Source of the DNA: Sedimentisphaerales bacterium
GTDB taxonomy: Bacteria > Planctomycetota > Phycisphaerae > Sedimentisphaerales > Anaerobacaceae
Length of the DNA stretch: 64,000 nucleotides
Assembly: GCA_040772485.1 (NCBI GenBank)
Contig: JAXGYC010000007.1
Coordinates: 192,001 to 256,000 of the forward strand
Direction: 5' to 3'
Part shown: positions 9,912 to 19,959 of the stretch, piece by piece
Layout: each line of letters opens with the position of its first letter
Numbering within the stretch: position 1 is the stretch's first letter
Notes under the pieces: generated by a model
Database searches by the model: none
Told to the model about the DNA's origin: nothing
The model's input: the letters and a program-made list of their open reading frames with translations, nothing else
Made by a program: the position numbers and the translations under genes

Positions 9912-11189
9912 ATGAAGATAAGAACACTCATGCTTGGCTGGGAGTTCCCGCCGTTCATCAGCGGCGGCTTAGGCACAGCATGTCTGGGACTGACCCGCGC
10001 GATGGATCGCCTGGGCATGCCCATCATCTTCGTGCTCCCGAAGGCCAAGCCGATGCGTGTGTCCGGCGGCCTGATCCCGGGATTCTACGGGGAGGGCGCC
10101 ACCGGATTCGCGTTTCAGAACGTGCAGTTTCGCCCGGTCCCGGCCGTTCTGAGACCGTACTCCTCTGCGGCCCAGCTTGCGTCGGGGACCGCGCTCGGCG
10201 AAGAGATGGATGGGGCCGGCCTTTCGGACGACGACCTCGAATCCGGCGGTCAGGGCAATTATGGCGCGGACATCTATGCGGAGGTCGCTCGTTATACCCG
10301 AAAGGTCCTGGCCCTGGGACTGACCGAGCATTTCGATCTGATCCACGCGCACGACTGGATGACGTTTCCGGCCGGCGTGGCCTTGGCCCAGCAGAGCGGC
10401 AAACCCCTCGTGATCCAGGTCCACTCGACGGAGTTCGATCGCAGTGGCGAGCACGTCAACCAGTACGTCTACGACATCGAACGCCATGCCATGCACGCGG
10501 CCGCCCGCATCATCGCGGTCAGCAACTACACGCGGAACATCATCATCAGCCGCTATGGCGTCCCGGCCGAGAAAGTCGAGGTCGTCTACAACGGGGTCGA
10601 ACACCACAACGGTTCCTGGTCTTCCTCGCGCCAGACCTGGCCGGCCAAGACGGACAAGATCGTTCTGTTCCTCGGGCGGATCACCATGCAGAAAGGACCG
10701 GAATACTTCCTGCACGCCGCCAGGAGAGTCCTGGAGAAGATCGACAACGTCAAGTTCATCATGGCCGGCGACGGCGACATGCTCTACCGCAGCATCGAGC
10801 TGGCCGCCCAACTGGGGATCGGCAACCGCGTCCTGTTCACCCGGTTCCTGCGCGGAGACGACGTCCGCAAAGTCTATCAGATGGCGGACCTCTATGTGAT
10901 GCCCTCCGTTTCGGAGCCGTTCGGCATCGCCCCTCTTGAGGCGCTCCAGCACGACGTGCCGGTCCTGTTGAGCAAGCAGAGCGGCATCGCCGAGGCCTTT
11001 CGCAACGCCCTGAAGGTGGACTTCTGGGATGTCCAGGAAATGGCCAACAAGATGATCGCCGTATTGCGGCATCCTCCTCTCCAACAGATGCTGCGCACCG
11101 AGGGGCACAGGGAGGCGCTGAAATTCCGTTGGGAGGACTCCGCCGCTCGGATGAATGAAATCTACCACGAGACGCTGGGCGTCGCATAG
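9912..11189 (+). CDS. Glycosyltransferase family 4 (glycogen-synthase-like)
   Basis: MLGWEFPPFISGGLG, IHAHDWMT, HSTEFDR, FLGRIT.QKG, PSVSEPFGI.PLEA. Confidence 0.92.
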   Translation: MKIRTLMLGWEFPPFISGGLGTACLGLTRAMDRLGMPIIFVLPKAKPMRVSGGLIPGFYGEGATGFAFQNVQFRPVPAVLRPYSSAAQLASGTALGEEMDGAGLSDDDLESGGQGNYGADIYAEVARYTRKVLALGLTEHFDLIHAHDWMTFPAGVALAQQSGKPLVIQVHSTEFDRSGEHVNQYVYDIERHAMHAAARIIAVSNYTRNIIISRYGVPAEKVEVVYNGVEHHNGSWSSSRQTWPAKTDKIVLFLGRITMQKGPEYFLHAARRVLEKIDNVKFIMAGDGDMLYRSIELAAQLGIGNRVLFTRFLRGDDVRKVYQMADLYVMPSVSEPFGIAPLEALQHDVPVLLSKQSGIAEAFRNALKVDFWDVQEMANKMIAVLRHPPLQQMLRTEGHREALKFRWEDSAARMNEIYHETLGVA

Positions 11190-11212
11190 GCGAACAGTGA
11201 GGGGAGATCTCC

Positions 11213-12481
11213 ATGGCCTCGGTGTGTTTCTATTTTCAGGTCCATCAACCCTATCGGTTACGACATTACACGATCTTCGACACGGCCGGCGACTACTTCG
11301 ACGGTTTCAAGAACGCCGAGATCTGCCGCAAGGTCGCGCGCAAGTGTTATCTGCCAACCAATCGGGTCCTTCAGGAACTCATCGAGCGGCACGGACGGCA
11401 GTTCAAAGTCTCTTTCAGCATCACCGGAACGGTGCTGGAGCAGTTCGCCGAGTACGCCCCGGAGGTCCTGGCCAGTTTCCAGTACCTGGCGGCCACCGGC
11501 TGCGTCGAGTTCCTGTGCGAGACGTACCACCACAGCCTGAGCTTCCTGTTCTCCCCGGACGAGTTCGTCCGTCAGGTCGTGGCGCACCGGCAACTGATCC
11601 GCGACCTGTTCGGCCAGACGCCGCAGGTCTTCCGCAACACCGAACTGATCTACAACAACCAGGTCGCCGAGGCGGTCGCCCGGATCGGCGGCTTCAAGGC
11701 GATCCTCGCCGAAGGAGCGGACCACATCCTCGGCTATCGCAGCCCCAACTATGTCTACAGGCCCCCGAGCGCACCGGGGCTCAAGCTGCTCCTGAAGAAC
11801 TACCGTCTCAGCGACGACGTCGCCTTCCGATTCTCCAACCGGTACTGGAGCGAGTGGCCGCTCAGCGTCGGCAAGTTCGGCCAGTGGGTCAACGCGGTCA
11901 ACGGCAACGGATACGTGGTCAATCTGTTCGTGGACTACGAGACCTTCGGCGAGCATCAGTGGGAGGACACCGGCATCTTCGACTTCCTTCGAGAGCTGCC
12001 GACGGAAATCCTCAAGCACCCCGACAATGACTTCAAGACCCCGGGCGAGGTGGCCGACGCCTATGAGGCGGCGGACGTCGTCGACGTGCCCCACCTGGTC
12101 AGTTGGGCCGACACGGAGCGCGATCTGTCCGCCTGGCTGGGCAACGCCATGCAGCAGAACGCCATCGCGGAACTCTACCGGATGGAGCAGGCCGTCAGAG
12201 ACAGCGGCGATCCGGACCTGCTGCGCGATTGGCGCAGGCTCCAGACCTCGGATCACTTCTACTACATGTGCACAAAATACTTCGCCGACGGCGACGTCCA
12301 CAAGTACTTCAACCCCTACGATACACCCTACGACTCGTACATCAACTTCATGAACGTCTTGGACCACTTGAGGTCCCGTTGCGGCGTGCGAGGCGTCGCA
12401 GGGCCACCGACGGGCCGTCTGGTGGCAACCAGGGACGTCAGGAGCCGCCGGCACGCGGCGGACGAGTCCGTCGCCGTATAG
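11213..12481 (+). CDS. Glycoside hydrolase family 57 (alpha-amylase-like)
   Basis: FQVHQPYR, ETYHHSL, FRNTELIY, DYETFGEHQ, SWAD.ERDLSAW, LQTSDHFYYM. Confidence 0.93.
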   Translation: MASVCFYFQVHQPYRLRHYTIFDTAGDYFDGFKNAEICRKVARKCYLPTNRVLQELIERHGRQFKVSFSITGTVLEQFAEYAPEVLASFQYLAATGCVEFLCETYHHSLSFLFSPDEFVRQVVAHRQLIRDLFGQTPQVFRNTELIYNNQVAEAVARIGGFKAILAEGADHILGYRSPNYVYRPPSAPGLKLLLKNYRLSDDVAFRFSNRYWSEWPLSVGKFGQWVNAVNGNGYVVNLFVDYETFGEHQWEDTGIFDFLRELPTEILKHPDNDFKTPGEVADAYEAADVVDVPHLVSWADTERDLSAWLGNAMQQNAIAELYRMEQAVRDSGDPDLLRDWRRLQTSDHFYYMCTKYFADGDVHKYFNPYDTPYDSYINFMNVLDHLRSRCGVRGVAGPPTGRLVATRDVRSRRHAADESVAV

Positions 12482-12575
12482 CCACCGCACGCGCGGTCCT
12501 CGTCCATCGTCCTGTCGAGCCATGAACAGCCCTTCCGTCACTGCTCGCCGGCCCGTGCTCACATCGCAAAGTCCG

Positions 12576-12604
12576 TTGACAAATACGCGGATGGGCGGTA
12601 AAAT
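12576..12604 (+). promoter_or_regulatory. Sigma70 promoter
   Basis: TTGACA-N17-TAAAAT upstream of the beta-CASP gene. Confidence 0.75.
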
Positions 12605-12643
12605 AGCGTTTTTGCCGTGACTATCGTACAGGGGATACAGCCC

Positions 12644-14050
12644 ATGCAGATCAAGCTACGCTTCCTGGGGGCGGCGCAGAACGTCACCGGGTCACGCCAC
12701 ATGCTCGAAGTCAACGGAACGCGGCTGCTGATCGACTGCGGCCTGTATCAGGAACGACAGTTCAAGGAGCGCAACTGGGAGCCGTTCGACTTCCCGGCCT
12801 CCAGCATCGACGCGGTGCTCCTGACCCACGCCCACCTGGACCATTGCGGCCTGCTGCCCAAGCTGGTCAAGGAAGGATTCGCCGGACCGGTGTACTGCAC
12901 CGCCGCGACCGCCGAGATCGCCCGCATCATCATGCTGGACTCCGCCCGGCTCCAGGAAGAAGACGCCGAATATAAGCGCAAACGACACGAGCGGGAGGGA
13001 CGCAAAGGGCCGTATCCCGTCGTCCCGCTCTATACAACCGCCGACGCCGAGGCGACCGGGCCCCTGTTCAGGAAGGTCCGGTACAACACCCCCGTAGAGA
13101 TCGGCGACGGCATCACCGCCACGTTCTGCGAGGCCGGCCACGTTCTGGGCTCGGCGATTATCCACGTGTGCATCCAGAAGAATGGCGAAACCCGCAGCGT
13201 GCTGTTCAGCGGCGACGTGGGCCGCCCGAATCAGCCCATCGTGCGTGATCCGGCGGAGGTGAATGAGGCCGACTACATTCTGGTGGAGTCCACCTACGGC
13301 GACCGTGTTCATCGCGAGCACACAGACATCAAGGCCGATATCGCCGAGGTCATCAACACCACGAAGGCCGCCGGCGGCAACATCGTCGTGCCCAGTTTCG
13401 CCCTGGAGCGGTCGCAGGATCTGCTCTACTACATCAACGAGCTGCTGGCGGAGGATGCGATCCCCCACTTGATGGTCTTCCTCGACAGTCCGATGGCCGG
13501 TGCGATCACCAAGGTGTTCAAGCGCCACAGCGAGCTGTTTGACGAAGAGATGACCGAACACGTGGACAACGGACGATCCCCCTTCACGTTTGAGGGTCTG
13601 CACATCATCCAGACGGCCACGGAATCGAAGGCCATCAACCACATCCGCGGCACAGCCATCATTATCGCCGGCTCGGGCATGTGCACGGGCGGACGAATCA
13701 AGCACCACCTCGTCAACAACATCGAGCGGCCGGAAAGCACAATCATGTTCGTGGGCTATCAGGCCATTGGCACGCTGGGCCGGCGAATCGTCGATGGAGA
13801 CAAAGAGGTCCGAATCCTCGGCGAGACCCGCCAGGTCAACGCAAGGGTCGTGCAGATCCACGGCATGAGCGCCCACGCCGACAAAGAGGAGCTGCTGCGC
13901 TGGCTCGGCTCACTGAAGAACCACCCGAAGAAGATCTTCGTCGTGCACGGCGAGTCGGAGAGCGCCAAGAGCTTCGGCGCCTACCTCCAGGAGAAGACCG
14001 GCTGGGACGTGATGGTACCCCAGTTCAAAGACGAGGTGGTTCTCGACTGA
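12644..14050 (+). CDS. MBL-fold beta-CASP ribonuclease (YSH1-like)
   Basis: FLGAAQNVTGS, DCG, THAHLDH, AGHVLGS, SGD, ESTYG, SAHAD, VHGE. Confidence 0.92.
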   Translation: MQIKLRFLGAAQNVTGSRHMLEVNGTRLLIDCGLYQERQFKERNWEPFDFPASSIDAVLLTHAHLDHCGLLPKLVKEGFAGPVYCTAATAEIARIIMLDSARLQEEDAEYKRKRHEREGRKGPYPVVPLYTTADAEATGPLFRKVRYNTPVEIGDGITATFCEAGHVLGSAIIHVCIQKNGETRSVLFSGDVGRPNQPIVRDPAEVNEADYILVESTYGDRVHREHTDIKADIAEVINTTKAAGGNIVVPSFALERSQDLLYYINELLAEDAIPHLMVFLDSPMAGAITKVFKRHSELFDEEMTEHVDNGRSPFTFEGLHIIQTATESKAINHIRGTAIIIAGSGMCTGGRIKHHLVNNIERPESTIMFVGYQAIGTLGRRIVDGDKEVRILGETRQVNARVVQIHGMSAHADKEELLRWLGSLKNHPKKIFVVHGESESAKSFGAYLQEKTGWDVMVPQFKDEVVLD

Positions 14051-14100
14051 CGCCGGCGGCGCACCGAGGACACTCGATTTCACGAAAAGGAGGATGTGAA

Positions 14101-15327
14101 ATGGGCCGACGGTTGTGTGGAGCATTCGTTGCATCTCTCTGCCTGATCGCTTGCTGTTACAGCGACGGTGCGGTGGTCGAATTCCCCGACGTGTCGCCCT
14201 GCCGGGCGCTGACGAACGGGCCGAAGGAGCATCTGCTCGCCAGTTACTACGGGATCAACTCGTGGGACCTCTCCCAGCGATACGTGACGGTGCTCCAGAC
14301 GCTTGTCAAGGACCGGATCCCGACGGAGAAAGATCCGGCGACGCTGGCCCTGGTCGATGTGCGGACGAAGGAATTCATCCCGCTGGCTCAGACGCGGGCG
14401 TGGAACTTCCAGCAGGGAAGCATGGCCCACTGGCTGGGCACAGCGCCGGATTCACAGATCATCTACAACGACCTCCGCGACGGGCGATTCGTGTCGGTCG
14501 TGATGGACGTCCACACGAAGCGGGAACTGAAGGTGATCGACTACCCCGTCAGCGCCGTTTCGCCCGACGGCAAGGAAGCCATCAGCATCAACTTCGCACG
14601 GTTGCGCATCACGAGGCCCGATTACGGTTACGGCGGCGACGGGCAAAACGCCCGCCGAACTGTCCAGTTCCCCGAGGACGACGGGCTGTTCCTTGTCGAT
14701 CTCGAAACCGGCAAGGCCAGGCTTCTGGTTTCCATCGCCCAAGTCCGGTCGCTGGTGCCCGAGGTGCCGGCCGAAGGGATCGAGTATTTCAACCACACAC
14801 TGTTCAGCCGGGACGGCAGCAAGATCTTCTGGCTGGCCAGGGCCACGCCGAACCGCAACACCACCTCGTTGACCGTCCATTGGGACGGCTCGAACCTGCG
14901 GCGGTGCTTTCCCGACGGCTGGGGCGGATCGCATTTCGACTGGCTCGACGGCGACAGGCTCATGATCACCGCTGCCTACGATGCGAAGGTCTATTGCCAT
15001 GTCCTCTTTACCGTTGGACAGAGCGACTACCAGCGGCTCGGCAACGGTCTGCTCGACTACGACGGCCACGGCACGTTCTCGCCCGACGGCCGCTGGATGG
15101 TCACTGACACCTACCCGGCCGGCCAGCTCCACGAGCAGAAGCTCCATCTGATGGACATGAAGACGCAGGCGGTGCTGCCGCTGGGACGATTCGTCGAGCC
15201 CCCGGAGTTCAAAGAAGGATGGCGATGCGATCTGCACCCGCGCTGGAGCCCCCGGGGCGACATGATCGCGTTCAATTCCACCTGTACCGGCAGCCGGCAG
15301 ATCTATTTGTTCGACCTGAAATGGTAG
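14101..15327 (+). CDS. Secreted beta-propeller protein, oligogalacturonate-lyase/TolB-like
   Basis: Signal peptide after AAGGAGG. AWNFQQG, NHTLFS.DG, DGHGTFSPDG.W.VTDTY, RCDLHPRWS. Confidence 0.7.
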   Translation: MGRRLCGAFVASLCLIACCYSDGAVVEFPDVSPCRALTNGPKEHLLASYYGINSWDLSQRYVTVLQTLVKDRIPTEKDPATLALVDVRTKEFIPLAQTRAWNFQQGSMAHWLGTAPDSQIIYNDLRDGRFVSVVMDVHTKRELKVIDYPVSAVSPDGKEAISINFARLRITRPDYGYGGDGQNARRTVQFPEDDGLFLVDLETGKARLLVSIAQVRSLVPEVPAEGIEYFNHTLFSRDGSKIFWLARATPNRNTTSLTVHWDGSNLRRCFPDGWGGSHFDWLDGDRLMITAAYDAKVYCHVLFTVGQSDYQRLGNGLLDYDGHGTFSPDGRWMVTDTYPAGQLHEQKLHLMDMKTQAVLPLGRFVEPPEFKEGWRCDLHPRWSPRGDMIAFNSTCTGSRQIYLFDLKW

Positions 15328-15376
15328 CGCCATCCCCAAGTCCTGCGGACTTGAGGCTGCCACACAGACACGTTCC

Positions 15377-17566
15377 TTGATGGGAAACCGAATGCGACTG
15401 CCGATGTGCCAATGGCATCCCATGCTTCACTCTGCATGGGTGATCCTCTTCTCCTGTTGCGCGGTCTTCGGTGTCGAATCGACGGCACAGATGCGAAGCG
15501 ACTTCCGCGACCCGCCAGTGCGGGATTGGCCGCGGCCGCTGTGGTTCTGGAACGACACCGAGGTCACGACCCCTGGCGTTCGCGAACAGATGCGGAAATC
15601 GAAAGAGCTCAGCAAGTACGGCGGGTTCGGCATTCTGCCATTCGGAAAGGATTTCCGCCCCGACTACCTGAGCGAGGAATATTTCGCGCTCTACGGCGTA
15701 GCGCTGGAGCAGGCCCGCCGCCTGGGCATGACCATGTCGCTCTACGATGAGTACGGCTTCCCCAGCGGCTCGGCCGGAGCGCCCAATTCGCGCGACACGA
15801 GCCTTTTCCAGCGGAAACACCCCAACCTGACGCTCAAACGGCTGGACAAGCATGAGCAGACCGTTGCCGGACCGAGCGCGTACGAAGCCACCATCCCGTC
15901 GGGAACGCTCATGAGCGTCGTGGCGATGAACACGACCACGCTCGAACGGATACACCTGACAGACGCGGCGGACAGTCGCTCGCTCCGATGGGACGTCCCG
16001 CAAGGCACGTGGAAGGTCATGGTCTTCGTCTGTGTGACGGATGGCTATCCCTGCTGCGACTATCTCGATCCTGAGGCGGCCGACAGGTTCATCGAGATGA
16101 CGCACCAGGCCTACTACGACCGCTTCGAAGATCACTTCGGCACGACCATCGATTCGACGTTCTACGATGAGCCCACGCTCTATCGAGGCGAGGGCCGGAC
16201 CTGGACGGATCGGTTCAACGAGAAATTCGAGCGAAGGCACGGTTTCGACCCAAGACCCTATTACCCGGCCCTGTGGTACGACATCGGAACCGACACCCAA
16301 GCGGCGCGCAACTACCTGTTCGGATTTCGCACCGCGCTCTACGCCCTGGGCTTTCCCAAGCGGATACAGGACTGGTGCGACGAGCACGGCATCGAAGCAA
16401 CCGGCCACCAGGATCAGGAAGAGGTCGCCAATCCGGTCAGCGTGTCGGGGGATCTGATGAAATGCTTCCAGCGCCAGGCCATTCCGGGCGTCGACAAGAT
16501 CGGTGGCGACCGCCCCGCCGAACGCGTGTACAAGGTGGTCAGTTCGGCCGCGTACAACTGGGACAAGGCCCTGGTCATGTCCGAAACGTACGGCGCGATG
16601 GGCGACCTGGACTGGAACGAGATGTACGCCGTCGCGCTGGAGCAATACACGAAAGGGATCAACCTGCTCATCCCGCACGCGGTCTGGTACGACGACGCAC
16701 ACGTCACATTCAAGCCGGAACTGTCGTATCGCAGCCCCATCTACGCCGAGGGATTGCCCGGATTCAACACCTGCCTCGCCCGACTCAATGTCATGCTGCA
16801 AAGCGACGCCCGCCACGTCGCCGATATCGCCGTCCTCTACCCCATCGCCACCCTTCAGGGCAGCCACCACCTCGACGGCCCGCTCGGCTATTACCAGGGC
16901 GGCGTCGCGGTGCCCGAGGCCGACTATCTCGACGTGGGCGAGACGCTGATCGCCGCCGGCCGCGACTACACATTCCTCCATCCTGATGTCCTCGATGAGC
17001 GATGCACGATCGAAGACAACGAACTCCTCCTGAAGAACGAGATTCACCCAGGACGGTTCAAGGTGCTCGTGCTCCCGGGCCACAAGACCATCCGCTGGAG
17101 CAATCTTCGGAAGATCAAGGCCTTCCATGACGCCGGCGGCAAGGTCATCGCCACGGGCGAACTACCCCAGAAGTCGGCCGAGTTTGGCCACGATGCCGAC
17201 GTCGCCGGCGCAATCGCGACAATGTTTGCGAAGAAGCCGGATGCTGCGACTCTACGAGAGCGGCTGGACAATGCACTGGCCGTCTACGACGTAGAATGCG
17301 AAGGAGGCCGCCCGCCCCGCTACATCCACAAGGTCAAGGACGAGGTCCACATCTACTTGTTCGCCAATATCGAACCGACCGCCCTGGACACGCATATGCG
17401 GCTGCGCGGCCGGCTGGAACTCGAAGCCTGGGACCCCCATACAGGAAATGTCCAGCCCGCCCAGTATACACACGAGATCGAAGGCGACTGCACCGTGACC
17501 AGCGTCCGATTGGCCCTGCCCCCCGTTCGATCGCTCTTCTTTCTCGGCAGACAGAGCGAAGGGTAG
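15377..17566 (+). CDS. Secreted glycoside hydrolase, GH106 (alpha-L-rhamnosidase)-like
   Basis: FRDPP...P.PLWFWN, LYDEYGFPSGSAG, DYLDPEA, FYDEP, SETYGA. True start may be a downstream ATG such as 15422. Confidence 0.75.
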   Translation: MMGNRMRLPMCQWHPMLHSAWVILFSCCAVFGVESTAQMRSDFRDPPVRDWPRPLWFWNDTEVTTPGVREQMRKSKELSKYGGFGILPFGKDFRPDYLSEEYFALYGVALEQARRLGMTMSLYDEYGFPSGSAGAPNSRDTSLFQRKHPNLTLKRLDKHEQTVAGPSAYEATIPSGTLMSVVAMNTTTLERIHLTDAADSRSLRWDVPQGTWKVMVFVCVTDGYPCCDYLDPEAADRFIEMTHQAYYDRFEDHFGTTIDSTFYDEPTLYRGEGRTWTDRFNEKFERRHGFDPRPYYPALWYDIGTDTQAARNYLFGFRTALYALGFPKRIQDWCDEHGIEATGHQDQEEVANPVSVSGDLMKCFQRQAIPGVDKIGGDRPAERVYKVVSSAAYNWDKALVMSETYGAMGDLDWNEMYAVALEQYTKGINLLIPHAVWYDDAHVTFKPELSYRSPIYAEGLPGFNTCLARLNVMLQSDARHVADIAVLYPIATLQGSHHLDGPLGYYQGGVAVPEADYLDVGETLIAAGRDYTFLHPDVLDERCTIEDNELLLKNEIHPGRFKVLVLPGHKTIRWSNLRKIKAFHDAGGKVIATGELPQKSAEFGHDADVAGAIATMFAKKPDAATLRERLDNALAVYDVECEGGRPPRYIHKVKDEVHIYLFANIEPTALDTHMRLRGRLELEAWDPHTGNVQPAQYTHEIEGDCTVTSVRLALPPVRSLFFLGRQSEG

Positions 17567-17603
17567 TCGCGAGGATCTCCTGCCGAATTTCGGCGCTTTT
17601 CAG

Positions 17604-17632
17604 TTGCCCGCCCGGTCGTGACAGATTACAGT
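17604..17632 (+). promoter_or_regulatory. Putative sigma70 promoter, possibly for a leaderless mRNA
   Basis: TTGCCC-N17-TACAGT, ending 7 nt before ATG 17640. Confidence 0.4.
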
Positions 17633-17639
17633 GACCACC

Positions 17640-18944
17640 ATGAAAAAGCTCATGATGTCACTGTTGGCCCTCGTCGTGATCTCGGTTTCTCCGCTGCTGG
17701 CGCAGGAATACGAGCCGTTGCCCTCCGATCCCTATTTCGCCGCCTACAAGCTGCTCAAGGCGCCACCTGTTGAGGGGTTGGTGCTGCAGCGGGGCGACCG
17801 GCTGGCGATTTGCGGCGACTCGATCACAGAACAGAAAATGTACTCGCGGATCATGGAGACGTATCTGACGGTTTGCGTTCCGCAGCTTGACGTCACGGTC
17901 CGCCAGTTCGGCTGGAGCGGCGAGAAGGCTCCCGGCTTCCTGGCGCGGCTGGTCAACGACGTGCTCCGTTTCGATCCGACGATCGCGACGACCTGTTATG
18001 CGATGAACGACCACAACTACCAGCCCTACAAGGAAGAGTACGCGCAGGTCTATCGCGACGCGTCGCTGGCGACCATTCGCAGGTTCAAGGAGCGAGGCGT
18101 GCGCGTGATCCAGGGCTCGGCCGGCACGGTCGGCAAGATGCCGTCGTGGGTCCAGCGGGCCCAGGGCACGGTCGACGACCTGAACCGGAGCCTCTCGGAG
18201 TTCCGCAACGTTGACGTGCGGCTGGCCGAGCAGGAACAGGTGGGATTCGCCGATGTGTTCCTGCCGATGCTGGTCCAGGGATTCGAGGCCAAGCGCCGGT
18301 ATGGCGACGACTACATGATCTCGGGCAAGGATGGTGTGCATCCGGGATGGGCGGGTCACTTGGTAATGGCCTACGCCTTCCTTCGGGCGATGGGGCTCGA
18401 CGGGCAGATCGGGACCATCACGGTGGACATGGCAAATGGGCAGGCCACAGCTTCGGAGGGCCATCGCATCGCCTCTGCCGAAGCGGGTCGCGTGGAAGTC
18501 GAGAGCAGCCGCTATCCGTTCTGCGCGAGCGGTCCGGCGGACGACGATTCGAGCATCCGATCCGGTATGGCGCTGGTCCCGTTCAACGAGCATCTCAATC
18601 GGCTCATGCTGGTTGTGAAGAACGCCCCGGCCGGGGGCTGTCGCGTCACGTGGGGCGATGGGTCGAAGAGCTATACCGCCGCCCAACTACGGGGCGGTGT
18701 CAATCTGGCCGCTGATTTCGAGATCAACCCCTTTAGCGAGGCGTTCCATCGCGTGGATGAAGCGGTAGCTGCGAAACAGGCCTATGAGACTCGGCAGGTC
18801 AAGATGCTCTTCCACGGCCCGGAAGGCGCAGCCGATATGGATATGACCGTCGCACTGACGGAGAAGACCCGCGCGCCGCTGGCGGAAGCCGTCAAGGCCG
18901 CCTTCGTCCCGGTCCGCCACACGATTCGCATCGAGGCCCAGTGA
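17640..18944 (+). CDS. Secreted SGNH/GDSL hydrolase (putative carbohydrate esterase)
   Basis: Signal peptide. GDSITEQ, GWSGE, YAMND, DGVHP blocks. Confidence 0.88.
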   Translation: MKKLMMSLLALVVISVSPLLAQEYEPLPSDPYFAAYKLLKAPPVEGLVLQRGDRLAICGDSITEQKMYSRIMETYLTVCVPQLDVTVRQFGWSGEKAPGFLARLVNDVLRFDPTIATTCYAMNDHNYQPYKEEYAQVYRDASLATIRRFKERGVRVIQGSAGTVGKMPSWVQRAQGTVDDLNRSLSEFRNVDVRLAEQEQVGFADVFLPMLVQGFEAKRRYGDDYMISGKDGVHPGWAGHLVMAYAFLRAMGLDGQIGTITVDMANGQATASEGHRIASAEAGRVEVESSRYPFCASGPADDDSSIRSGMALVPFNEHLNRLMLVVKNAPAGGCRVTWGDGSKSYTAAQLRGGVNLAADFEINPFSEAFHRVDEAVAAKQAYETRQVKMLFHGPEGAADMDMTVALTEKTRAPLAEAVKAAFVPVRHTIRIEAQ

Positions 18945-18951
18945 GAGACCG

Positions 18952-19359
18952 TCAGAGTCCTATGAGGTGGATCTGATCGAGCAGGCCGCGGTACGCCGCC
19001 GCCATCAGGTACATGCTCAGGACCGTCACCGCCAGCACCAGTGCGGTGATCCCGATCTTGGTCATGGGCTTGTATCGGGGATGCCACCAGACCAGCGGAA
19101 GGGCCAGCGGTCCGGCGAACAACAACGCGAGGACTACGCTGCTCGTAGCATGATACCACTTGCCGCTCTTGGGCACAGGCATTGGCCGGCCTGAACCGTC
19201 GAGGAACTCGCCACAATGCCGGCACTTGATCGCCTCCCGCTGGATGTATTCGGCACAGAACGGGCATTTCTTCCTATCCGGCACGTGCGGGGTCGAGCGG
19301 TCGTCCGGACCCTGTACCAATGGTTCCGCTTCGCCATGCGTCAGTAGTTCAGTCGCCAT
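18952..19359 (-). CDS. Zinc-ribbon membrane protein
   Basis: KKCPFCAEYI...AIKCRHCGEFL followed by two TM segments. Confidence 0.8.
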   Translation of the reverse strand: MATELLTHGEAEPLVQGPDDRSTPHVPDRKKCPFCAEYIQREAIKCRHCGEFLDGSGRPMPVPKSGKWYHATSSVVLALLFAGPLALPLVWWHPRYKPMTKIGITALVLAVTVLSMYLMAAAYRGLLDQIHLIGL

Positions 19360-19494
19360 GATAGCCCTTATCGGCATATGGACCACGTTCCTTTAGAATG
19401 ATCCGCTGACGCGTGCGACGGGCGATTGTGGTCTCCGGCCGTTTGTGATACGGTTTCTACGAATGCTGTGGTGCTCGGCAAGCAGGAGAATCGC

Positions 19495-19929
19495 ATGGCG
19501 CGCGTCGTGGAAGGTGATATCGTCAGAGTGTATTGTGCGGGTCGCTTGACGGACGGCCGCGAATTCGAGATGGCGCCGGACGGCGGGACCATCGAATTCA
19601 TCGTCGGTCATGGCGATCTCCTGCCTGCCCTGGAGAAGGCCGTCATCGGCATGACCCCGGGCGAGTCCAGGACCGTGATCGTTCCCCGAGACAAAGCCTA
19701 TGGCCCCCGCCGCGAAGATCGGGTCGAGGTCATCCCCCGCAAGGATTTTCCCAAGGGCATCACGCCGAGGGTTGGCCAGCACATCCGCCTGCCCAGCGAC
19801 GAATACGAGGTCATCAACGCGACCATCATCAAGGTCTCGGACACCGAGATCGTCGTGGACGCCAACCACCCGCTGGCCGGACAGGATGTGCTCTTCCAGA
19901 TCACGCTCGAAGAAATCGTGACCTTGTAG
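19495..19929 (+). CDS. FKBP-type peptidyl-prolyl isomerase (SlyD/SlpA-like)
   Basis: GD.V.V...GRL.DG..F, ALEKAVIGM.PGE, AYG, VDANHPLAG. SD AGGAG. Confidence 0.9.
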   Translation: MARVVEGDIVRVYCAGRLTDGREFEMAPDGGTIEFIVGHGDLLPALEKAVIGMTPGESRTVIVPRDKAYGPRREDRVEVIPRKDFPKGITPRVGQHIRLPSDEYEVINATIIKVSDTEIVVDANHPLAGQDVLFQITLEEIVTL

Positions 19930-19959
19930 AACTTCCAGGCTCTCTCAGAGGAGACAACT

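Noticed and set aside
13681..14100. N-terminal extensions in the ORF track (also 32, 9771, 27215, 37858, 41045, 41326)
   Set aside because: They overlap neighbouring genes or promoters. Downstream starts have SD sequences and match the domain or signal-peptide start.
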